DNA from: Phoronis australis
Lineage: Eukaryota; Animalia; Phoronida
Reading direction: 5' to 3'
Length of the DNA stretch: 64,000 bases
Assembly (NCBI GenBank): GCA_002633005.1
Contig: NMRA01000204.1
Location: 128,260 to 192,259 of the forward strand
Shown in pieces: positions 36,908 through 50,500 of this stretch. Below the pieces are notes generated by a model. The model worked only from the letters and a program-made list of their open reading frames with translations. It was not told the origin of the DNA and did not search any database. Within the stretch, counting starts at the first letter, position 1. Every line of letters begins with the position of its first letter. A program made the translations under genes and the position numbers.

Positions 36908-36964
36908 ACAGGTGTATTCCTACGGGGACTATATGCCATATAGTCCCCGTAGGAATACACCTGT
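36908..36964. repeat. Perfect inverted repeat (28-bp arms, 1-nt spacer)
   Basis: ACAGGTGTATTCCTACGGGGACTATATG-C-CATATAGTCCCCGTAGGAATACACCTGT. Confidence 0.97.
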
Positions 36965-38436
36965 ATATGGGGTTGATGACAGAGGATGACGAGTTTTGGA
37001 CTAACCCGAATACCGCTGTGCCTCCTAGTGGCAATTTTTTACGTTTGCCTCTGTATTGTTGTGTCTTACCCCGACCACGTTAGTCTAATATACACTAGAA
37101 CTATAAGAGTATAAGACAGCTTACTTAACTGGTTATATGCAGGTCTCTGAAGTCTACGTTGGAGTCGTGTTATATTGCGTTGGAGTCGTATTAGATTGCG
37201 TCTTGTCTCTTTCGAGTCTCAAGTGCGAAGAACGAGTGAACCACGAGGTCGTGACGTCATCGTTACATCATGTTACATCATCCATCCCAGCAGGCTCCAT
37301 CCATTATCCAATCCCAGCCAAGATAACAGAGAAGCCCGCGAACCTGACTATCCAATTAAACCTCACGTAACATATGCACTGGCTCACTACAGTATCTTCA
37401 AAGGTCCTCAACTGATTTTCATGAAATTTGGCACATAGGCATGGATGTATAACTGCCCTATTGCTACTTTGTTGCGCTATTTAGGGATTCTTAAAATAGC
37501 CTTCCTGATGTATGAATATTCCAAGAACGTGCAGATTCTTACAGGTTTGGAACACAAATATATCGCCTGTGGTAGTTGATCTACCAACACTGCCCTCTGT
37601 AGTTGATAATGTACTTCCCATCATGCCTGAGATGTCATGGGATATAGGCGATGACCCTGTAATAGAACTGCTCTACCAATTTATTTTTGATTGATAAATA
37701 ATTATGTACTAAGTAATTATGTATGGAAGCAGTTACTTGTGAATAAGAGATTGGATATAAATACTTTGCCAAAATTGTGATTAACTTCCTTTCCTTTTTT
37801 TTACCTTGGCCACAAGAAAACATGGCTGTCTATGGACTGTTTATGAGATTAAATTTTGAGTAAAGGCTGTCTATAGACTGTTTATGATATTAAATTTTGA
37901 GTAAAAGATCAAAGAACATGGAAAAAGATCTTGACATGTAAGTTTGAACTTGTTGGGCGTTCTGATTTTCAGTATGTTATGACTCAAAAGGTATTGCCAA
38001 CTCCCACCAATAAGTCACTATTGATTCACAAGTTGCCCATGAGGGCTTGCTGTTGCTCGACAGAGCTGTGCTGGTGGACCAGCTTAACTTGCCTTAGTAC
38101 AAGACACCACAATACTGTGCTTTGGAACGATGTGGGTGAAAAACTGGCAAATTCTGACATAAAACTACAGTTAGTAAAACTACAATTTTAGTTGATTAAA
38201 GGTACCTGTAATGGGTTATGGGTGCTGAAATATTACCGTTTTATCGTTATTCCGTTAGTAAATTTGCAAAGCGATAATGTGCGTCGGCTTTCAGCACCAC
38301 TTTGTAGAAAATATGTTACTTTTAAACATTCAATACATGGGTTTTCATGTAATATTAAGGTGACTTGTTAGCTTTATAGAGACTGGTTATAATGCTTTGT
38401 TACAAAAGTAGTTCTTTTGACAGATATTACGTTGCA

Positions 38437-38529
38437 ATGGAAGGAGAGGAGAGCGGCCTTAGTGCCAAGGACCTCAAAAAGAAAATCTATGACAGTCTGA
38501 AACAGAAGGGCCTGGTCGATTCCCTTAAG
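38437..38529 (+). CDS. OFD1: OFD1 coding exon 1
   Basis: MEGEESGLSAKDLKKKIYDSLKQKGLVDSLK; acceptor at 38423, donor GTAAAC. Confidence 0.9.
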
Positions 38530-41500
38530 GTAAACCTTTATAGATTTGAAAAATAGATGATTTTTAGTCAGTAACGATGTAAAATTCTAATATTTGTTGT
38601 TGAAGTAACTGTCCAAAAATGTAACTTTGGGTGTGAGGATTGTTTTGTTTGTGTTGTTGTAAATAAAGACTAGAACCTTGTGGATGATTGCACTGTAATC
38701 CATTTCCCAACTCTGAAGGAACCTCGCCACCTGTTGGGCATTTGAACAATAAAGCACTAAGCATGAACCTGTTAAAAGACTTTTTTAACCATCTTTTGTT
38801 TGTGGTGTGTCTAACACAGGTGACTGTAAGTCCTTTCCCATACAGATAATTCCGCTACCATCGAAGATCTGATGTTAACATTGGTTAACCGCGAAGTTAA
38901 GCATTACTGTTCACCATCGGCTTCAGAGTTATTGAATAACTAATTCAGTGGAGTTATGGCAAGATGGCCGAGTATCAGCTGATCTCAGCAAAAACAATAT
39001 GGCAGGAATTTGTTTTGTTTACATTCAGTGATTTTTTGGTAATGTAAAGAAATCAGCATTTACATGGATCAATTGAACCATGATGCTTTTACTGCCAAAA
39101 CAACAGATATTATCCAGTCACTGCTGGCTGTTGGCAAACGCAGTGTTCCCTGCTGATAATTGTGATGGCATTGAAGTTAAATGTTCCGAATCCACTTCCT
39201 ACTCCGGAGTAAAGTCACTCAGTTAACTTCTATCCAAAACCGTTGTTAAGTGCTCCCATTAACTGAAGCACTTACGCTTGAGAGCCAGCGGGTAAGGCCT
39301 TCGTGATACCACTGTCTGCACTCTTAACACAGTAGGATGACTTGAGTGGGGCACGTATTAACCAATAAGAGATTTCTTTTCTTAATTGTCTTAATACCCC
39401 CAACAACATTGGAATGTAGAAGTACCTAAAACTCCCTTTTTAAGTTTTGTAACTCTACTTAGAACTTTAGCTCTTTAGCTGACTGCTAGCAACATGAATA
39501 TACTCGTTTTCAGTCCCAACTTCGCAATCGTCTGGTGTCCGAGCTTCAACGCACAGCGTCACAAGTGAAGAAAGACCCAAAAGTGGCTGAGGAGCGTTCG
39601 TTACTACTGCAAGCATCCAACAGTCTGGTCTTGGATCACATGCGTAGAAACAGCTATGAGTACTCTCTTAGCATCTTTGGACCAGAATGTGGTATGACTG
39701 ACGACAAGGTAAGTGGACTCGAAAGTGTCTGATGATTTTAATTCACCATGGTTTTCCACCTGACCATGTTATTATCACTCATTTGAGGGGAAGGTGACTG
39801 TACCTTAAAGTTGGGTAAATTTTTCCAATGTGGGGAATGTACCGCCTGTGTTGCATTTACATGACATTAGTTGACACGGAACAACTGACATGGAAAAAGT
39901 TGTTCAAAATACAATTTTCTTGTTATACTAGACAAATTTTGAAGTTCATCAAATTTGCTCAGTTTCTAATTGATTATGCATAATCGACTTCGCAAGTTAT
40001 GTTCACGTTCCAGATAATTTCCTGTCGTCTTTTTTTGATGATTCGTTGTGAATATCTGGTGACTGTACAATATTTACCTAAAACCGCTGTGATTATTTGC
40101 CTTCGAGGTGTATTTTCTGACAATCCTATGTTGAACTTAAGAACCCAATTGAGTGGGATTTAGCCACTTCGATCTGCAATGGACTGGAAATGGTTGGTGT
40201 AGGAAGCGACTCTGAATTGTTTCATGACCAGCAGTAGGCACCTTTTTGTTTAAACCAAAGTACACGGAGGCTGAATACACACAGGCCCAGACAGCGACTG
40301 AGCCTAGTGTACAAGACATCAAGGACATTCACAGCGTATTGTCATGGCAATCTCAGTGGAATATGGATGTCACTGCGAGTATGACAAGACTAAAGCACTG
40401 CTGTAAAATGCAGAGCTGCTCATAGGTACTGGGCTGCAGTCGTCAACAGGACATGTTGAAGCTGTGCTGGCTGTTAGCCTTGGACGCTGCTGTGACTTTC
40501 AAATGCATGCTGGGTGATACCAACTTCATAGCCTAGAGTCACCACAGTGGCTGCAGCTCGCGACGTTGTACGTTATAAAAAGGGCACTCCGAGCAGGTTG
40601 TGATAGAGCAGAGAAGAAAAATATTGACGGTGCAGTATTTGCTTCGGAACATGCGTTGAAGGTACTCTCATGAGCTCTAGGTGTATGTACCTTTTGTAAT
40701 CCAATGGTTGAAGATATGTTTACCGTACACGCGATAAATTTCACTGATTTAGCTGTGGTATGAATGGACTATGCTGCATTCTCGACACGAACGAGACAAC
40801 TACAACGGGTCTTGTCCTCTGGAAATTGGTTAAACGGAGCACCTAAACTCTTCAAGAGCTCATAATGGTTGCATTTCTTTGTGCAACAGTCTCCAGGTAT
40901 ACAGTCAGATGTGCATGTAAAGAAAGATGACAGAAATGATCTCTGAAGTGACGCATGCGTATTTAATTAGAACATGGGGAAATTTGATGAACACCAAAAT
41001 TTGTACAGGATAAACAGAAAATCCTATTTTAATCAAACATGATGGTAAAAATGATTGACTTCCTTTTAAGTCTCTATGAATGTAAACATTTGTTTTTGTA
41101 TAATGAACTTGTAGCCACAGAAATAAAGTTTGTATTGATATGATTATTTTAATAACACTGCGTTTTGCTCTGTTTAAGCTGCCTGAAAAACAAGAATTGT
41201 TTTCACAATATTCCTTACCCTGATGGTATTTTATTTTTGTTACCAACACGAACATTGAGACCATCAGCAACTCAGGAAAATGCTGCAGACTTTATTGGGA
41301 TTGGTCAACTCTATGATGAATCTGAAGGTGGCGCTGTATGCATTGCCTGCAACTTGAGAATCTTTTGACCATAAGGAATATTGTGATGTCAATTTTAGGA
41401 GAATAAAAGTCCTAATTGGAGTTTTGTTTTTAGGCAGCTAGACTGAAGAGCAGCGGGCAAAGCATAGCTATTTGTTAATTAACAACAAGGCGTTTTCAGT

Positions 41501-44500
41501 GCAATGAAGAAAATGCAAATATGTATAAAGTGATGTTGGCTATCAAATAAATGATGTTTATTACTGTGATCATTAATTACAGATCTGTCTATGATTGACT
41601 CACTCCAGTCCTTCCAGTATATTACACACATATGTAATAAAATCTCTGGGAATTATAGAAGTATAATTCATATATGGGAAATCTAAAAATGGGGTATTAC
41701 CTAGAAAATTTAGTGTGGCCTCTCTATTTCAGGTTCTCACCACTCGGGACCTCCTCGAATTGCTTCATATCAATCCCAAGTCGAAGCTGTACAGAAATTT
41801 GGTAATTTAAACCGTGATTCCCATCAAATCTTTTTCGCAGTTGTAATTTCTAGGAAAGTGATGTGGAAAATCTATATCAATGTCCTCAACTTTCTTGAGA
41901 AATGAAAGCAATGTTTCGTCGGTAGGCGACTGCTGTCGTTTTCAGGCTTCTGCGACACCTGGTAGCGTGATTTGATCTTAAGGCAATTAATGGGGAACTT
42001 TGAGCATTGCCTGGTTCCTTGTTTATGACAGTTTGAGGGGCGGAAGTTTGATTATCATAAAGACATTTGGTTATTAATAAGCGTCATTGTGTTCATAGAA
42101 ACTTTGGTACAATTTGTTCAGAACACGCAAAAGGAGTGCAGGGGAGTGAATGAGAACCTGGATATAATGCGAAAGCTATTTCTGGGGCAGTGCTCATATT
42201 TTAGTAAAAAAACACTCAAAAGTAAAGACTTATGCTTATGGTGAGTGACTGGTAAATTTCAGTGAAAACTGTTTCCGTGGCATGTAATGTCTCCCATATG
42301 TTTTTTTTTGATTTTTTTAGGCAAAAGGCATTGCTGACTGCAACAAGAAAGGTAGGTTGAGAAGCAAATTTTGTCCATGCTGAAAATTTCAGTCACTATA
42401 ACTTCTACGACACAGCTGCCGTCAATTAAATTTGTTTTTAACTCATTTAGTATGTTACTGCTCTGTAGAAGACATGCGAGAGTGGGTCTATATTTTTCTT
42501 TGACACAGTGAGGAATTGACATGTTATTTGTTGTATGACAGGTTGTAATACTTAGCAGTGGCTTATGATATTATGGTAAAAGGTCGCCAATTTTGGACGC
42601 AATATTGCTAACAACTGAAATCTTATTTCCTCTTTTGTTCATAAAAGATATGTAGCACCTTATTAGCGTAGCTATCATCAGACTATTGATATTCTTAACA
42701 GTGTTTGAAAACCTTGAAAGTGACATGGGGCAATGTTGACAATTCCTTTCATCCTTAATTGAGTTTTTACTATTAGTTGATTAACAGTGGTCTTCTTTTT
42801 AATGAAAATTTAAATATTGTCTCTGTAACACACTTGTAAACTTACCTTATTCCATGCAGGCTTCCTCTGGCATCTGATACAAGAACTAGCCAGTAGTCTC
42901 GGAGCTCCACAAATGGAGTCACAAGTGCAGACTGAACCCATAGGACTTGGTGCTCTCTCTACTTTAAGTGAGCATATATTTCACGGTGAAAATGTCTTCA
43001 TCTTAATTAGACGCAATGGTTTTCAAAAAATAAATAAAGTTTGAGCAGTGTTCTGCATAAAGCAGTAGAACATTGTTCTTTATTGCGAAACTGCAGTGAT
43101 TTTTACAAGAACGTGTTTCAACTTTTTGAAATTAGCATTGCTTTTCGTAGCTTTTGGTAGATTGCCCAGAACACTTGGTTCAATTGACATCTACTGTGTC
43201 CAGTGCAAATGACCCTTGTTTTCTTTAGACTAACATATTGTTTGTATGCACATACTGTCACGTCACACCACTTGGAGGGCAAATGAACCTTTAAGGGACA
43301 TTATCGTCATGGTCTGACACTTTGCTGGCAGACCTAATTGCTACTCGATAAATGCCAGCGTATGTGAAGCGTATTTAACTGTTGAAAAAGGCAAGATGCT
43401 GCTCATGGGATGGATGAAACAACAGTTGGCTGCAAACAGTAATTGCACAGATATTGGACTCGCTAGTTCCCTGCGTGTCTGCTAGAGAACACGCAGGTAT
43501 CATTCAGTAGCACGCGCTTTGTCACTGGTTGATGTAACCTCGGCAGTCATTGGTTAGCTTTACAACAAAGAACGAAAGTGGCGGACTGTGAACGATTTAG
43601 CCTTGTCATGCAAGAAACGTGACAGCAAATATTTTGTTTCTGCAGTAATGTTTAATAGCGCGTGCTTTAAGCGCATACAATGCACACACATCTGGCTGTT
43701 CTCATACATTATTCATAACCATATTTCTCTTCTGAATTAATGTCATCGCAATAAATCGCCTGGAATTCCAATGACAGCTGCACAGCCTTCGCCAGTGAAA
43801 CTAACCTGCTTCATGTGATACAATAATATATCACCAGTTGATTTCAAGCCTAGATATCATTTCAAGTCAGTGTAAGTTACAATATCAGACTCACTTATTA
43901 CACAGCGTGGCCTAAATCAAGTGTTGGCTTTCAACAGGTGTCAAGTGTAGATTCTCTTTTTGTGGTAGATGATAAGTTAGACCATGTGGAAGAGATGTAC
44001 TCCAGTAGGAAAGAAGGTCACCTTCGACACAGCGTGATGCAGGCAGAAGAGAGAATACTGTCTTATCAGAGACAGCTGGAGGAACGTTACCGTGGCGACA
44101 TGAAGTTGGAGGTAGGCATGGGGAAGTGAACCGAATGGGTGATTGTGTACTCACTAGGTGAAAGTTGGTTTCTCTTTTTATCATGTGAACCGGTTGGGAA
44201 CAGGAAGCTGTTTGCCTGTAAGGCCACATTTGTAGGATTAGTGTCTCCTGTAAGTGTGTTGTCATACTAGTGCCACTTAGTGAATTTTGAATTTGTAAGA
44301 TGAAGATACCTGTTGATGTGTAAGTGTCCGTGGGCGAATTGTCAGTAAATCAATTTATATGACATCGTGCATTAAACATTTCCAGCAGTATTTACTGTGA
44401 CTTTGGCCTGGGATTGTTGTCTGAAGTATTGTAATTTGTTTATGAATGTGAGTGAGAGGACAGCCTAATAGCTGTCAGAATATTGTGAATTTAATGGTAA

Positions 44501-47500
44501 ACATCTTGTGTTTCTGTTCAAGATTTATTTTTATCGCGTTTGCAGCTCGCACGTTTCAAAGAAGTTGAGCTGTCAAGGATGAGAATGGAAGAAAGAGAAA
44601 AGTGCAGAAAAGAGATAGCAGACGCCAGACGAGATGTAGGTCTTTGCCATCAGTTCTTGTCTGCTTTATGTAATATCACACGAGTGAATGGTTTATGCTC
44701 ACTGTTTATTAAGTTCATCTGTACAACACTGAGATCACAACGTATCCTTGCGGTGAGATTGTGGTCTGGTGACAGAAAAGATTTCAAATGAATGTTTTTT
44801 TAAGCAATATTCAAAATGATGTGCTCAATGCTGCTGCCAATTTAAGTTTTGTAGCAAACTCCTGTCACAGGTCCTGTAGATGACTTTAGTAAAATCGTGA
44901 ATTCGGTTATGTGATGTTAGTAATTACCATTTATACCATGATCTCAATGTCGGTGTCATTTTTAACCCGTATCCTGCGCTAGGTGAGGTCAGCCGACATG
45001 CCAATTATCCTATTACAATGGTTGGGTGTACTCAATCGACTATAATAAGTTACAGCTGAGCTGCGCTAGGAGGGTGCACTCACCCCAGGACACTTGTGAT
45101 TTTCATTCAGAAATTGTAAGAGCCCTGGAATGTTGTTTAGATATGTGACCATGAGCATTCCATACTTCACAGTTTCATCTACTGTTCTCCAATTTAAACC
45201 ATATGGCTGTGATTACTAGTTTGGGAGATATTGGCAGGTTTATGTAAGTATAGGCACATAGTTTCATTATATGGCTGGAGCCATACGGGAGAGGATGACA
45301 GTGGATCAGTTTACTTTCACCAAGGTTATGATAAAGACTTACACATGGTGAAAATTTCCATTAAATTCTGCACAAGTTTTATGTTGACTTCTTTTCTGTT
45401 AATTTAATATATCCCCTTCAAATTACCAATTTAAAGTTGTTAGGTCATTTATCTGGGTGACTTCCACAACAGCTTAGTGTACAGCAGTAGTGGTGACCTG
45501 CTTAGCTCAGGACACAGGGAAAGTAGTCTGAATAGAGGATCAGCATCAGCAGGATAAAGGTTAAAAAAGTTTATTCCTCATAGAGCACACTTACCACACC
45601 TTAAGTCAAAGGTTGCACATCGGTTCTCCAGAATTATTGCCTCCAGTTTAGTCCGTGCAAGGAGTCATAAATAGTGAGCTGGGCCCGGTCGCTTGAAAAC
45701 TAATACTCTGGATTTCAGCAATGACGTCGCATTTTCGCACGCTGTGTTGCCATTGTTGCGTTTGACATCATGCAATTAGACATTCACGCAACCTAACCCT
45801 GGATTTCTTTATTTTCTACAGTTGGAGCATACTTATAAGGTCAAGTGTGATGCTTTGGCTGAGAGAGAAAAACATTCCATGGAGAGATTGGTGAAAGAAC
45901 AACAGGTTGGTGAGATTGACCCCATCGTTTGTATTATACCTTTCTCACCAGCAGTTTACTCTACTGGCGTATTACTGACTGCAATGATAGTTTTGAATGG
46001 TCACTTAACACCATTACCTCACTAAATTTACGGGAGTAGTAAGTTCATTCCTCTTCAAAACATGAGATTAGCAATCGTAATAAAATTTAGTCCAGTGTCG
46101 TAAGTCGGGGTGAACGCTTAATCCATCACTGTAGCAAATGACTTGTAGGTCACTGATAGATCAGTGTGTGTCAACACTTCTGTAGTCTAACTGTAACAGA
46201 GCAAGTCTCCAGTGAACATCAAAAATGTGTATTTCACCTCATCACGTATACGTTCAGTTCAGTTACACATGATAACGATCAATTTTCATGAAGGCTAAGG
46301 AAGGAACACCCTTCTCCTAAGCCTGTCGCTAGCGAAGTGCCCGACACATACAGTCGCGCCCACATGCCCACGTAACTAAGGCGCACTGAGACGCAACAAA
46401 GACATTAGCATAAGAATACCTGAACATTTGCAACTAAATAAGAATAACAATAAGCGTTACTTACGTCCCATCACATAACTCTCTTTTATATGTAAGCCAT
46501 TAGCTAGGCCAGTTTGGTGTGATGAGATAACTTCATGCCAAAATTTCTGGCTAACTGTATTCCGCAGGTTCATCAACAGGAAATAGATGCGCTATTCAAA
46601 GTAAAAGCTGGATATTGCCCTTAAACAGGATTATGCTGCTCTGTTATTCCTTCAAAGCTGAGTGTAGTCATTGCTTTAGTACCATTACCGCAGCATAACA
46701 AAATGAATCAAACTTCATGCTCTGTTTCTGTCCCGATTTTTCAGATTCAGGAGAAAGATATCTACGCTCAGCGACAGTCGATACTTAATGAAATTGAACT
46801 TTCAAGGAAACGCGATCGCGATTTACAAAGGGAGGCCGACAATATGAAAAGGTTCACAACACGTAGTTTCTTAGTGACTAAGTTTCAAATGCATGAAACT
46901 TGTTTGTATTTGAGCGAAGTCTTTCAGTTTAGTCTGTTGTCATTGAAATGACAGGAGTATGTTGTCCATAATGTTGGCTATATGTTTTGCCAATCAGTGT
47001 TTTTGATGCAATGTTGAAGGTGCCTACTTTCTTTCAGGGGAATTTACTTTAGATTTAGGCTGCTTACCCTCTACACAACTAGTCTTAATTTGTTGTCTAG
47101 AAGTGGTTTCTGACTTTGGAAATTTGCGAAACTACTGTAATTAGAATCAAAATTTTACTATCTTCAAACATGTGTGGCTCATTAGTTAGAAGTTTTTGTT
47201 GAACATATGTTTCTAATCTAGAGAGAAAATGCTGCACGAGGACCGGTTAAAAAGTTTGGAAGCTGTACTAAAGAAGCGGGAAAAGGATTTAGAACAGACG
47301 GAGAGAGGATTTGAGGACAAGCTGGCAGACGAAATGAATAAGTAAGACATGACTCGAGTCACTTTGTGACAGGGAAAAGCTATTTTGATCAATTCGAAAA
47401 GTCATCATCTCGCAGCCCAGTGATCCAAGTGAAGTTGTAATGTGGAGTATATTGGACTTGTCCTAATGAAGATAAGTGTTAAATAGACTAACATGTAGTT

Positions 47501-50500
47501 CTTTTTCAATTGTTACAGCAAAGAAAGAGTAAATTTTATAAAGTGCAACATTGGCCCTTTGTTACCTGACAAAGTGGATGTTTTCATCATCACTTTGGAA
47601 TGCGTTACTATGGAGATTTTTCTGCTCCAATTGGAATAGGTAACATAGAATTCCTTTTAGAGCAGAAAATCTTACCCATTACCATTATAGATATACTCCT
47701 TTGTGCCCCTCAAGGATTTGCAAGTCCTCTATTTTCACTTTTTAAGCCATTTTATTTTTGAAGGTTTAAAATTCAAGAAGAAATGAAATACTTGGAAAGG
47801 GTTAAACATTTGGAGCTGCTGGAGAAGAAGACAACTGGTGAGTTTTCACAGCATTGAAATTATGATGTGGACGGTGCAGTTGTCTGATGTGATGGCAATG
47901 GTGACGTTTTCTGTTGTTATGGAGATGCTGCCGTTGTCTGTTGTGATGGCAGTGGTGACGTTGTCTGTTGTGATGGCAGTGGTGACGTCTGTTGTGATGG
48001 GGATGGTGCCGTTGTCTGTTGTGATGAGGATGGTGACGTTGTCTTTTGTGATGGGATAGTGCCCTTGTCTATTTCTATACTCACTTGCCCGGTTGAGCAA
48101 TTGCTGCCCATGCCCCTCTTGCCTGACTTTGAAATCTACTTGTGCAATTGGGCAACTGTTAATGTCGAGCCCTGGTGCTGTAAAAGGATCTTTTCACGAA
48201 GTCAAAGTGTTCCCCTGTGCCACCCGCTGCGAAGACAAAGTAACTCCTGGTACACCCAGGAGCGATGTAAATCATCGGTCCCACATTGTCAGCCCCCATT
48301 GCTTCCTGAAAGTCTCTCATTAACACACAGGTGTAATCAGTTGTCTGCTTTGTCTGAGCGGGGTGGTTTCAACGCTAACCATTGGGGATGACCTAATGGA
48401 ATTTCAAATATTTTGGGAACACGACAGGTCAGCGGAATAAATTACGAGAGAACTGGGAAATACACGGGAGCGTAGCTAGCTTTATGTGGAATAGTTTTAG
48501 TCATGCACTGACTGTGGGTCGTCTTGGGAAATACTACTGTGGTTAGGATCAGCGTGTTTCCATTGAAGTACATTCACGTTTCATTATTTTATTGAATGTA
48601 GCAACTTGAATCCTTTTTACAGAGGAATCGACTCGCTTGGAAAATGAGCGAGAAAAATTGAAAGGTATCTCTGATGAGCTGAGAGTGAAAACGGAACGAC
48701 TGGAGCAGTTGGAGGTAAGAGACGATTGACTCAAGAACATAGACTGACAATGAAATGAATTAGCAGATGTTTAATCATTGCTTTTTGAGTATTATAAAGG
48801 GGTTATTACCTCTGTAACACAAGCGTGAAGAAATAATGAAATAAATAAAACCACAATCATGTCGTACAAATGCCTTTTATCTTGTTTTATTGAATCAGAT
48901 TTATTTTTTCATATTTTTTGTGTTAGCCCACATAAGATGAGAAGGTCACTGCTGAAGTTGATTTTTGAATGATTCTTGATTACTGTGACACCCCCTAGTG
49001 GCTATTTTATTGTTTTTGCGTCCTTAGTTGTATCTCCTTAACCCTTTGCAGGATCCTCATAAAATATGAATGTGACAACAATTGACCATGACTTTTGGAC
49101 GGATCTGACTACCACTGTGTCCCCTAGGGTCAATTTTATTTTTTTACTTTAGCTTCAATCTGTATCTTCACAGTTCTTTGACGGTTTTTGATGAAATTGG
49201 CAACGACGTTTCCGTTATAGAGATGACAACACCATTCCATTTTGGGACGTATTTGACATATTATGTGCCATTTAGTGGCCATTTTTTTATTTTTGTGTCT
49301 GTTTTTGTCATCTGACTGTATCAACCAAACTGCTTACCAGGTCATGAAAATGCACAGATGAGTTCCTACTGATAAGAGCACGACTTGTGAGTTGTGGACG
49401 GACTGACTTCTGTCGTGCTCCTTGGTGGCATTTTTTTGTCTGAGGTTTTATATCCTCGGAGGATCTTTGTGAAATTTGGCAAGCACATTCATTTGAACTT
49501 GGCAACAGATAGGCAGCTCTGACTACTGTTATGCTTCCTAGTGGCCTCTGATTCTTTGAAGTTCCTAGACATGTGTATGAAATGGGGCTAATAGTTTTCT
49601 ATTAGAGAGATGACGATGCCTTTCCCTTTTTGTGGAAAGTTTGATGTGTTCTGCGCCATCTAGTGGTGATTTTTATGATATTAGTAAACACCCTTAGCAG
49701 CATACAGTGCAGTCGTGAGCTTATTTCAACCCTTGGCATTGTTTTCGTTTACCTGTCAACTGTTTTTTGATTCAGACATTCAAAGCATTGTGATACATAC
49801 TGTAAGTTATTAGGCGAAGTTAAATATGAAATTTCAAAAGGTGATGATGCTATGAGTTACCTTATTAATAAATAATCATTGGGAAAATGTCTCTTGCCTA
49901 ACAAAAACGTCCATAAACAATGGTGATACTAATCACGTAATGAGGACAAGTTTATACATCAAGATTGATGTGGAATACATAAAATCTGTTGGACATCTGA
50001 AGACATACATGTTAGTCATGCATGTGGTGTATCTGTTATCTGCTATTCATGTTAGTGTGATGAGCGTAATTTGTTGCTTGACCCTAAATGTTATTGACGT
50101 ATTCTTCCTTGTTTGCTGTTGTCATGGTGCATGTAAAATTTTCCCCTCCATCCCTCCACTACTAGCGCCAGCTACAGGACAACAAATGTGAACTGATCTC
50201 GTTGTCTAAGCAAAACGAGGTTCACGCTGATCGCATGAGAGAGGTGAGCTGCTTGGCACAGTCACATACGCCGTACTCGTTGATTCTTCTTTGTCTAACC
50301 GATTGTTTAATTTACGTTTTATCGCTAACCATTCATGCTGAAATCACTCGANACCCTAATTTCCGGACATGCGCAATCGTTAAATCGATTCGGTTGCAAC
50401 TCCGCTATTGACCATGACTTTTGGACGGATCTGACTACCACTGTGTCCCCTAGGGCCAATTTTATTTTTTTTCTTTAGCTTCAATCTGTATCTTCACAAT

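Noticed and set aside
37824-37905. 41-bp direct repeat in the OFD1 5' intron
   Set aside because: Ordinary local slippage duplication with no functional signal.
47838-48111. Mucin-like TTDNVTTAI or hydrophobic repeat ORFs
   Set aside because: Product of a 27-bp intronic minisatellite.
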